Assembly (NCBI RefSeq): GCF_036321535.1
Contig: NC_087444.1
Location: forward strand, 75,392,001-75,456,000
From: Camelus dromedarius
Lineage: Eukaryota
Direction: 5' to 3'
Length of the DNA: 64,000 nucleotides
A program made the position numbers and the translations under genes. The notes below the pieces were generated by a model. That model did not search any database. It saw nothing but the letters and a program-made list of their open reading frames with translations, and was not told where the DNA came from. Below, in pieces: positions 54,501 to 64,000 of the stretch; positions within the stretch are counted from its first letter, which is position 1; each line of letters starts with the position of its first letter.

Positions 54501-57500
54501 CAGGTGAATTCTCCTTCGTGCTCTGTTTGTATCTGAGGCAGTTCCAGGACCCCAGGGTCTGAGGGCTGGGAGGGGCTCAGAGTCTGTCCCCCTCGGGCCC
54601 AGCTCAGCCGGGCTGGGGGGTTGCTGTGAGTGACACAGAGCAGACGCAGGCTTTGGCCCTCCAGGACCACAAGGGATGTGCCATTCCTGAAGTTTTCCAG
54701 GACTGAGGTGGGGGAGAGGCAGGACAGATGCACAGCTGAGGGTAAGGGGACCCCCTCGCCTGCCGATATTCCAGATGCCTGGGCCCCCAATTTGGCACTG
54801 AGATGCCCTGGTTCCTCTGTCCCCCTTTCCTACCTGTCCTGTTTGCTTGGGAGACCACCACTCTCAGGTTCTCTGGGGCATCTGAAACAGAGATAGGGCG
54901 CTGGCTCTAAAGTGGCCGGGACTTTCGGTCTGGGCAAAGTGAACGTCCCTGGGGATGAAGGGCTGGGAGGGGGCGGGAGGACTGACTCACCCACAGAATG
55001 ACTCAGTGCTGAGAGACCCAAGGGAACAGGCTGGTGGGAAGGGAGGGTCCCTACGACATTGTGATTTAGAATAGAAATAGATATTTGGTCTTTGTCCCTA
55101 TTCCTGGCACAGAGCTTCTAAAACTCTCGGAGTTCCTGAGTGGTCGGTAAGAGTGATAAAAGCCTCTTGTTATTCATAACAAACCCCTTGCAATCACCCC
55201 TGAGTTTATGTTAATAAGGTGACTTTGGAAGCACCTAGGGTGGGGGAGCGGGCTGGTTGCCAGGGCAACCAACCAGTGATTAGAGGGTTAGAACTTCCAG
55301 CCGTGCCCTGACCTCTGAGGAGGGGAGAGGGGCTGGAGCTGAGTTCAGTCACCGATGGCCAATGATTTAATCAATCACGCCTATGAAATGAAGCCTTCAT
55401 AAACTGCCTTCCCCAAGATGGGGTTTGGAGAGCTTCCTGGTTGCTGAACACATGGAGATTTGGGGAGAGTGGTGCCCGCGGAGAGGGCGTGGAAGTTAGG
55501 TGCCCCTTCCCTGTATCTTGCCCTATGCCTCTCTTCCATTTGGCTGTTCCTGAGTTATATTCTTTTATAATAAACTAGTGATCTAGTAAGTAAAATGCTT
55601 CCCTGAGTTGGTTTTATTTTTTGCAGTTTAAATTTAATTTTTTTAAATTGAGGTACTAGGGCTTGAACTCAGGACCTCAGGCATGCTAAGCACACACTCT
55701 ACCGCTGAGCTCTGCCGCACCTCCTCCCCTCCTCTGGGTTCTGCGTGCTGCTCCAGGCAAGTGATCGAACAAGGAGGAGGTCATGGGAATATCTCCAGCC
55801 TGTTGCTGGTCGGTCTGAAGCACAGGGGACAACCTGAACTTGCAACCGGCTCTGAAATGGGGGCGGGGCCAGTCTCATGGGACCGAGCTCTTCCCCTGCG
55901 GGACCTGATGCTCTCTCCAGGTAGACAGAGTCAGAACTGAGCTGACTTGTAGGACATGCTGCTGATGTTGGAGCATTGCTTGGTGGTGTGGGAAAATCTC
56001 CCACATCGCAGCTGGAATTGGAAACCTTAATCCCTTAGGCCCCGGGCGGGGGGAGGGTTCTAGTTCTCCCTAGAGCTCTGCGACCCGGTCCTGGGTCCCT
56101 TTCCTCCTCACGTCTCCCCCTCCCGAAGCCAGGTCCCAGCTGATCACACTCACACTGCACAGAGAGGTCCAGGCTGCGGCTCTGAGCGCCAAGCCTGTTC
56201 TCGGCTTGGCAGGTGTAGCGGCCTGCATCCTCAGCCTTCACCCCGGGCAGCACCAGCTCCAGGGTTCTGGAGCCGGAGGGGTGGGACCAAGAGAGGACTC
56301 TGTCCTCCAGGGCCCAGCTCAGGGTGGCGAGGGGCAGGCTATCAGCGGCACAGAGCAGCCGCAGGAACTGGCCTTTCTGGACTTCCAGATGTGGGCTGTT
56401 TCCCCACAGCTCCAGGGCTGCAGAGAGAGAGGCAGAGAGAAAGCAGAAGGGCTGCAGGAGGACCACCATTCCCCCACGCCCCGACACCTTCAACAGGCCC
56501 TTGGTACCTGACACATTGGCCCGGGAAGTGCTGACAACCAGGTCCCTGGGGGCGTCTGCAACAAGATGGAGAGCTGGCTTTGGGGAGGAATGCTGACTTC
56601 CTCCTCACCAGAGAAAACTCCCTTGGGGAAAAGAAAGTGTGACCATCCTCCAGGAAGACGAGAGACATGAGTGCCAAAGATGCGCTTGTGGACAGGGGAC
56701 CAGGTGGCACCCCCACTCCCCTCCCAGGGTGGGGGCAGCATCGTGAGACTCCACGCCTTCCTCTCTGAGGCCTGAGAGGTGCCCAGCATCGCCCCGCTGC
56801 ATCGCCCCATCTCCCCATCCCCCATGCTGCTTGCACACCCTGATGTCCCTCCCACCACCAAACTCACAGGCCACGCTAAGTCGGACCGTTTTCTCTGTGC
56901 TCACACCCTTTCTGGAGAAGTCCACTCGACAGGTGAGCTCAGTGCCGTGATCCTGGGGTCTGGGTGTGAGGGTGAGCGCTGAGAAGTAGGAGGTCCTTGG
57001 CCCTGCCCCATGGGAGGAGACGGCAGCCCCCGTCCAGGAGAAAGTAGGGGCTGGGCATTCCTCGATGATCCGGTTAAACACACAGATGAGTGTCACCTGG
57101 TGCCCAGGCTCTAGGGTCTCTGGTATGTAGACCTCTGGCTTCTGTGTCAGGGCTGGGATGGAGGGACAGAGACTGGGATCCGAGCCCCAGATGGTCACCC
57201 ATGGTCCATTCCCCATAGTCCCTCCCCAGTTTGAGAAGCAGAAGATGGCGAGGGAGGGGGAGGGGGATGTCCCACCCTACTCCAGCTGAAGCTGGTTCCA
57301 TACCTGTCACCTCTAGGTAGAACATGTTCTCCTTGAAATTATATTGGACATAACTGCCTCTCTCCAACCGAAAGAAGTACGATGCTGCGTCCTCCATCTG
57401 TACGTCTCTGATCAGCAAAGAGCAACTCTGGCTGAGATTGCCAAGGAGCTGGAATCGGCCCTGGGTGTCTTTTCGCACCTTTTGGTCTGGCTTGTTTGTG

Positions 57501-57810
57501 GCCACTGGTGGATCAGTGTGTGTGTTGGCCGGGTCTCTGAACCAGTAGCCGTGAGCTGGGGTGGCGTGAGTCCAGCCTCTTGGAGGATAGGTGATCAAGG
57601 AGCAGGACACGACCACGCACAAGCCTTCCTGCACACTCACGAACTTCGGCACTTGCAGCTGGAATTTGGGGTACAGAGCCCCTGACCCTGGGGGGAGTCA
57701 GAGGCTCAAGCTGTAATCCCAGCCCCACACCAGCCCCCAACCCGGACCCCTGCCGGCCCCGCCATCCACTCACCGCCCCACAGCACGGCCACGAGTAGTG
57801 GCAGGAGCAT
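51580..57810 (-). CDS. SIGLEC10: Sialic acid-binding Ig-like lectin 10, 708 aa: complement(join(51580..51846,53412..53580,53679..53760,54075..54359,54445..54702,54834..54881,56154..56417,56508..56555,56868..57152,57304..57687,57774..57810))
   Basis: V-set domain with the essential Arg (YFFRLERG), four C2-type domains, TM segment, LDYINV, ITIM LHYAVL and ITIM-like SDYAEI. Eleven exons total 2127 nt with no disruption. Position next to C19orf84 favours SIGLEC10 over SIGLEC11. Confidence 0.9.
52380..53310. mobile_element. L2 and MIR fragments (SIGLEC10 last intron)
   Basis: L2-type 'aagtttgagatgcctattagacacc'; MIR core 'cccattttacagttaaagaaactgaggcacagagaagttaagtgacttgtcc'. Further MIR cores at about 14470-14640, 15740-16010, 18580-18760, 25150-25380, 27240-27350 and 45230-45350. 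Confidence 0.65.
55055..56025 (+). mobile_element. MER21-family LTR in SIGLEC10 intron 5
   Basis: Closest of the three copies to the recalled consensus; interrupted by a SINE. Confidence 0.78.
55625..55735 (-). mobile_element. tRNA-Ala-derived SINE nested in a MER21-like LTR
   Basis: Interrupts the LTR sequence within SIGLEC10 intron 5. Confidence 0.8.
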
Positions 57811-58139
57811 CTTGGACCCGCTCTGGGGCAGGACGCTGTGGCTGGCCTTAGGCACTGGCAGAAGGCGGAAGCTGAGCCCCGGGGGGTACTGATGCATGAA
57901 ATGAGCTTCTGATGCTCAGGCCCACAGACTCCCTCTCCTCTTCTCCATAACTCTCCTCAGCCCCATCTGGCCCATTTGAACTCATTCTTTCCTAGGGGGC
58001 CTGCCTGGCGCTGGGGCTCGCTGAGCTGGTCTCCTTCCGAGTCATCTCCTGGGGAGGGAGGGAGTGGAAGGTCTGTATCTGGCCTTGGGGCTTGGCTCTA
58101 GGTGGGTGGAAGGTGGGGGCTCTCCCACTGGGCTCTAGG

Positions 58140-58225
58140 TCGTTGGAGAAGCAGAAGTGAAAGTCCCCAGGTGGCCCTGGTGGTGGGGGCGGGTGCAAGG
58201 CAGGGTGGATTTCTGGGAAGGAAGG
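58140..58225 (-). promoter_or_regulatory. Candidate immune transcription-factor sites upstream of SIGLEC10
   Basis: AGAAGTGAAAGTCCCC (ETS/IRF-like overlapping a near-kB site) at ~58153-58168 and a STAT-type TTCTGGGAA at 58211-58219. Motif matches only. Confidence 0.3.
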
Positions 58226-59019
58226 TTGGGGGTGGCATAGGGCTGCTCTCGCCAGGTCAAAGGCAGGATGCTCAGTTAAAATTGGCTTTCAGATAAATCA
58301 TACTTTTTTTTCCCCAGTATAAGTCTGTCCCCAGTATTGCATGCAGATGTGCTAAAATGATTCGTTGTTTAGATCTGCAATGCAAAGTTAACAGGGCAGC
58401 TTGCATTTTTATTGGCAAAATGTGGCCACCCTAGGCTAGTCTCAGTCCCACCCCTTCACCCTCGCTGGTGGGCTCTCCCACACATGGTCACCCAGGAGCA
58501 GCCACCCTCCAAGCCCTTAATCTGCTTCCCAGTCTCCTCTTCTTCCGTCACACAGTTGGACGACACACACTTGTAACACCCGTTGTGCTAAGAACACAAA
58601 CATCCAGAGGTGATGCTGACGGTGGGAGTTTTGGGTAATGCAAGGGGAGGGGGTCATGGAGTGGGCAGGATAAACTCCCCCAGAAGTTGACTGTTGTTCC
58701 CCTCACCTTGAAATAACGCTCTGTTTCGGCCACTGTGAGACACTGGGCTTGCCCGCTCGACCTCCATGCCCCTGGGACCTTGTGTGCAGCAGGAGTCAAG
58801 CCATCTAGGGGAGGGTATGTAGGTAAATCAGACACAGTGTCTGACCTCATGGGGATCCAGCCTGGTAAATGAAGTTCCTTAGAAACAGACAGACACCAGG
58901 TGCTCATAAATGCCCCACCCCCCACCTGCCCAGACAGATGTTCCTGACGGGCCCAGGGGAAGTCAGGAGGGGCCCCCTGGAGGAAGTTACCTGAAGCTGT
59001 TTCCGTCCTCGAATCCACT

Positions 59020-59465
59020 GTATTAGTCTGCTCGGGCTGCCATAATTAAACACTACTGAATGAGCAGCTTAAACCACAGAAACATATTACTTCACCGTTC
59101 TGGAGGCCACAAGCTCAAGATCAAGGTGTCAGCAGGGCTGGTTTCTTCCAAGGCCTCTGCTTGACGTGGAGATGGCCGTCTTCTCCCTGCCTCTTCACCT
59201 GGGCTTCCCTGTGTGTGTGTCTGTGTCCTTTACAAGGACCCCGGTCGCATTAGACTAGGATGCTACCCTACGACCTCACTTCAACTGAATTATCTCTTTA
59301 AAGACTCTATCTCCAATTATCAATAAAGTAAAAGGACAACGCACAGAATGGGGAAAAATTTGCAAAATAAAAGACCCCATCTCCAAACACACATTCTGAG
59401 ATACTGGAGGTTAGACTTCAATGTGTGAATTTGGGGACAGGGGGGATACAATACAGCCCATAACA
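59020..59465 (-). mobile_element. MLT1 LTR
   Basis: tgtattagtctgctcgggctgccataa...gggggatacaatacagcccataaca. Confidence 0.85.
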
Positions 59466-61355
59466 TCCACCCTCCTCTTTACTCTGATCCTCTGTCCCTG
59501 CTGCCCAACCTGGGCTTTCTCTGGGAAAAGCAGGTTCCCCTCTACCAGGGGAGCTCTAGCGTCAAGGGCATCACACTCGTCACTCCATCGTCCAGTTCAC
59601 AGAGGAAGAGAAGGGCCTCTCCCAGGGAGGAGTGAGAGGGAGGGAGCTGGGGACTTGCCCTAAGGAGCTGACAACTGAGGTCCCAAACCCCAAAGCTCAG
59701 ACCCAGCCTCCCTTCTGCCTCTGAGCATCGCTGTGCCTCTGTGGGGCTCACGGGAACAGGAACCAGGAGGGCAGTGATGTCTCAGTCCTGTGGGTTTCTC
59801 CAACAGAAACGGTGCCCCATCAGCCAGGAAAGGGAGAGAGGACCCTCTGCTGTCCTGGGGCTGAAAGATACCAATCCGTGACTCCCCATTTCCTCCAGGC
59901 TAACCCAGAGGTCTCACACCCCACATCGATGAATGTGGGCCACCCTCAGGATCAGATATGCCTTCAAACCTGAGAGCTGATCCTGAGATGTGGAGGTGAG
60001 GAAGCCCCCTGAACCAGGCGAGGATGGCTGGGCAGCTCTATGTCCATAGCCAGGTGGCCTGAGAGAGGTGGAAACAGAGTGGCACCAGGAGACCCTTCAG
60101 TGACCCCACTTGTGGACCAAACCTTCCCCTTCTGGAGACAGCTGCCAAGACATTCCTGGAGGTGGTTCTGAGACCATCAGCTCCCCTCCTCTGCTTTCCC
60201 GGACACCCTGAGGGTTCTTAGGGGTTCACCCTCTTCACAGGAAGGGTTCTTCAAGGACCCAACCTTTATTACTGACCATCCTGCCCATCCTCGTCTGATT
60301 GTGCCTCCATCCCTCCATCACTCAAACTGTTCTGTCAAGATCACCAAAGATCTCCAATGGCTAAAACCCACAGAGATTTTCTACTCTCATCTCACTTGGA
60401 TGCCACCCTCTCTGTAGCATTTCATGTGCTCAATCACCCACTCCTTCTCGAAACACTTCATTCTGGCTTCAGTGTCACCTAGAGCTGCTATCTTGCTCAA
60501 GTCCAGGGGCACCATCTGCACAGTCTGTGTGAAGGCACCTACCGAAGTCAGGTTGCACATAGCATACAGAGGACACCATACTGCTGACAGATTCACCTTG
60601 ACAGAGAATGACTATCCAGGTCCGTGCCACCATCATCCCACATCTGAATGAGACAAAAGCTACTGATGATCAGCCCTGCTTCTATTTTTGCTTACTCCCT
60701 AGTGCCCTCTCAGCACAGCAGCCAGGGTTACTTTTTAAATATAAATCAGACCAAGTCACTCTCTTACTCAAAGTCCTCCCGTTATATTTAGGAGAAAATG
60801 CAACCTCACCATAACCTATGGAGCTTGACCTGATGTAACCCCCCGATGACCCACCCCCAAACTCGCTTTCAACCCACTTCACTTCTGCATTCCCACCAGC
60901 GATCCCCACTTTGTTTCTCACACCGACCAAGTTTGTTTCCACCTCGGGAATGTGACCCTTGCTGTTCTGTCTTGCAGGAACGTTCTTCCTGTAGCTGGTT
61001 CCTTCTCACTTTCTCAGCTCAAAGACCTCTCTTTTGAGAAGTCTTTTCTGACTTTACAACCAAGTCGTCCCAACATTTCCCCATCTGTGCACTTTTCTGA
61101 GTCTTTGATTATTTCGTTGGCCTCTGAACTTCCCACTTTTCATCAATGTGACCAGAGCACTTCCCCCCTCTACTTCGCAATTGCCTTCTCCTTTAAGCCG
61201 CCGTTCCCCCACCCTTGGCCAGACCACAGACTAGCCGCTACCTGAGTCCTTGAGAATCTTATTTGGTCGTCCTCACACCTATCTTCTCTGCCTAAGAGTG
61301 CTCAGATTTTCTCTGAGTTTATTCTTTAAAAAAAAAAAAAACAGTCTGGGAAAAA

Positions 61356-61550
61356 GGGGAGGGTATAGCTCAGTGGTAGAGCGCATGCTTAGCATGCACA
61401 AGGTCCTGGGTTCAATCACCAGTACCTCCATCAAAAAAATAAATAAAAATAAATAAATTACCCTAATTACCTCCACCTCCAAAATAGTCCTTCAGAAGAA
61501 AAAAAGTTTTTTAATTAAATAAATAAATAAACCTAATTACCCTCCCCCCA
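61356..61550 (+). mobile_element. tRNA-Ala-derived SINE with duplicated tail
   Basis: GGGGAGGGTATAGCTCAGTGGTAGAGCGCATGCTTAGCATGCACAAGGTCCTGGGTTCAATCACCAGTACCTCCA followed by two 'ctaattacc' tails. Confidence 0.88.
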
Positions 61551-61983
61551 CAAGCAAACACAACTCTCCAAGCCTCTGGTCTCCCTTTCTCATTCAACAG
61601 ATGTTGGGCACATGCTCTGTCTCTGTCCCTGAGATCATGAAGAAGGCAAAGGTAGATACTGAGAGAAAGTGAGATCGGGGTGGGTGGGTATCAGGTGGGA
61701 GAGGTTGGCGGAGGGGAGAGAGGTAGACAGGTAGGTAGGCCGTTCAGGATTCTGCCCTGGGAGCGGTGCTGGGTGTGGGTCTGAGGACTGGACTCAGGAG
61801 AAGGGACGAGTGAAGGTCAAATAGGCAAGCATCCCAGTGGTGAATGAAGAGTCCGGGTCTGGCTGTAGTTGAGACCCTCAAGGTGCTGAGGAGCCTTTGT
61901 TGGGGGAAGGGAGTAATCAAGACATTCCCTGACCAGCGTCTTCTCTGGATGCACCTGTCCCAGTTCCCTTGCATAGCGCTCGT

Positions 61984-62018
61984 GCTGCAGTTCAGAATTC
62001 TGCCTCCAGGGGGCGCTC
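61984..62018 (+). promoter_or_regulatory. CTCF-binding motif with upstream module
   Basis: Core CCTCCAGGGGGCGC at 62003-62016, preceded by TGCAGTTC resembling the ZF9-11 upstream motif. Confidence 0.6.
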
Positions 62019-62326
62019 CATTTCCCTAGCATAGACTGACCCTTGTGCCCCAGTCACCAGGATCCGTGCTGTCCAGAGTTTTGATCCGACTGCCCTTCTA
62101 CAGGGGATATTTCTCAGATTCTGGACACATTTGAAAATGTTGCTCGTCCAAAAAGGCTGCATGCATTCTCACTGCACTTACAAATCATGATTCTGCCCTT
62201 TTCATTGCACTGCAGTACAAACTGGTTTCTGCCAGGGGAAGCGTATCAAAGTAATCTGTCACCGCAATCATCCCACTTCCCTCACTGCAAACTCACCCTT
62301 CCTCAAATTTAAATCACTTCAATATC

Positions 62327-62960
62327 TTATCCAGAGAAAATTCTAATTCGAAAAGACACATGCACCCCAATGTTCATAGCAGCACTATTTACAATAGCCA
62401 AGACGTGGAAATACCCTAAANNNNNNNNNNNNNNNNNNNNNNNNNNNNNNNNNNNNNNNNNNNNNNNNNNNNNNNNNNNNNNNNNNNNNNNNNNNNNNNN
62501 NNNNNNNNNNNNNNNNNNNNNNNNNNNNNNNNNNNNNNNNNNNNNNNNNNNNNNNNNNNNNNNNNNNNAAAAAATACCATATGATATCACTTCTATGTGG
62601 AATCTAAAAAAAAAAAAAAAAGATACAAATGAACTTATTTGCAAACCAGAAATAGACTATCACACATAGAAAACAAACTTATAGCTATCAGGGGGAAGGT
62701 GGTAGGAAGGGATAAATTGTGAGTTTGAGATTTGTAGATACACACTACTATATATAAAATAGATAAAAAAAAAAAGGACCTACTATATAACACAGGGAAC
62801 TATATTCAATATCTTGTAGTAACCTATGAAGAAAAAGAGTGTGAAAATGAATATATGTATGTATATGGATGACTGAAACATTATGCTGCACACCAGAAAT
62901 TGACACAACATTGTGAAATTACTATACTTCAATAAAAAAGAGTGCAAGTTAAAAAAAAAT
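62327..62960 (+). mobile_element. 5'-truncated L1 (contains N gap 62421-62568)
   Basis: aattcgaaaagacacatgcaccccaatgttcatagcagc... through to an A tail. Confidence 0.9.
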
Positions 62961-63054
62961 TTTTAAATAAAGAGTAAAGTAGCCCCTGCTGGCAATGACA
63001 GCCAGGCCCCGGTGTTCCCCTATTGAACAGAAATGATTTTAAAAGGACCTGAGA

Positions 63055-63185
63055 CTGGTAGAGAGCATAGCTCAAGGGGTAGAATGCATGCTTAGCATGC
63101 ACGAGGTCCTGGGTTCAATTCCCAGTACCTGTCCCCAAAATAAATAAACCTAATTACCTCCCCCTCAAAAAAGATTTAAAAAAAT
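63055..63185 (+). mobile_element. tRNA-Ala-derived SINE
   Basis: Head plus aaataaataaacctaattacctcccc tail. Confidence 0.85.
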
Positions 63186-63364
63186 AAGTAAAAGGACCTG
63201 ACACCTGACAAAGCCGCTCTGTGACTGTGATGAAACAATAGGAGTGATACTTGCTGTAGTCACGTCTCAATACAGACCCAAACAGGAACACTGTCTGAAA
63301 CACAGAGTGACCAGATACCCCTTTATCTATAAATGGCTGCTGATTATTTACCAATTACAGCTCC

Positions 63365-63680
63365 AGCCTTTGCTACAGACTGCTTGCTGTGTGCCTCTCT
63401 CTGACATTCATATGTTGAAGCTTTAACCCCTGATATAATGGTATTTGGACATGGTGCCTCTAGGAGGTGATCATGTCATGGAGGTGGAGTCTTCATGAAT
63501 GGGATTAGTGCCCTTATGAAAGAAACCCCTCAGAGCTAGCTCCTTATCTCTTCCACTGTGGGGAGACACAAAGAGAAGACAGTGCCTATGAACTAGAAAG
63601 ATGGCCCTCATCAGACACTGTTGTGCCAGTGCCTTGATCTTGGACTTCTCAGCCTTCAGCAGTGTGAGAAATAAAAAAGT
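63365..63680 (+). mobile_element. MLT1/MST-type MaLR LTR
   Basis: tgctacagactg...gggattagtgcccttat...ccttgatcttggacttctcagcc. Confidence 0.75.
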
Positions 63681-63699
63681 TTTTATAGCACCGTGATTC

Positions 63700-64000
63700 T
63701 TTAACTTTATTAATTTAATTTAATTTTTAAAATTTAAAAAATTTATACAAGTTTAAAGGTAATTTCCTTTACAGTTATTATAAAATAGTGGCTATTTTCC
63801 CTGTGTTGTACAATACATCCTTGAGCCTGTCTTACACACAATAGTTTGTACTCCCATTCCCTACTCCGGTGTTGCCTCTCCCCACCTCCCTGCTGGTAAC
63901 CACTAGTCTGTTCTCAATATCTGTGAGTCTGCTTCTTTATTTGTTATGTTGTACTTTTTAGATTCCACATATAAGTGATGTCATATGGTATCTGTCTTTT
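63700..64000 (-). mobile_element. L1 3' end, reverse orientation
   Basis: ttttccctgtgttgtacaatacatcc...ttagattccacatataagtgat; runs off the end of the window. Confidence 0.85.

Noticed and set aside
61356-61430. tRNA-Ala(AGC)-like sequence (and similar copies)
   Set aside because: The acceptor stem is imperfect, a shared SINE tail follows, and there are many diverged copies; these are SINE heads, not tRNA genes.

Overview
Mammalian (not microbial) genomic DNA, syntenic with human chr19q13.41. Gene order: IGLON5 (+, last 3 coding exons), VSIG10L (-), ETFB (-), CLDND2 (-, apparently inactivated), NKG7 (-), LIM2 (-, start codon hidden in an N gap), C19orf84 (-), SIGLEC10 (-). About ten copies of a tRNA-Ala-derived SINE with an 'aaataaacctaattacctcccc' tail suggest a camelid genome (inference). 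Exon structures were walked by hand; every complete model has GT-AG introns and a CDS length divisible by 3. Main observations: (1) CLDND2 exon 1 carries a +1 frameshift, an independent in-frame TAA and loss of two Cys, while exons 2-4 stay open and an ATG in a strong Kozak context sits at the start of exon 2. (2) VSIG10L ends in a PDZ-type tail (ATQV) read in a different frame from the human tail as I recall it. (3) Several intronic degenerate repeats are built from transcription-factor motifs (31-bp CCAAT/AP-1 unit in ETFB, GC-box and CCAAT clusters in VSIG10L). (4) An orphan CpG/Y-box promoter with splice donors points toward C19orf84. (5) The SIGLEC10 tail has a Pro/Ala repeat insertion and an extra YxN motif. 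Comparisons to human proteins and repeat-family names come from memory and need confirming by alignment or RepeatMasker. No CRISPR arrays, rRNA or true tRNA genes were found.
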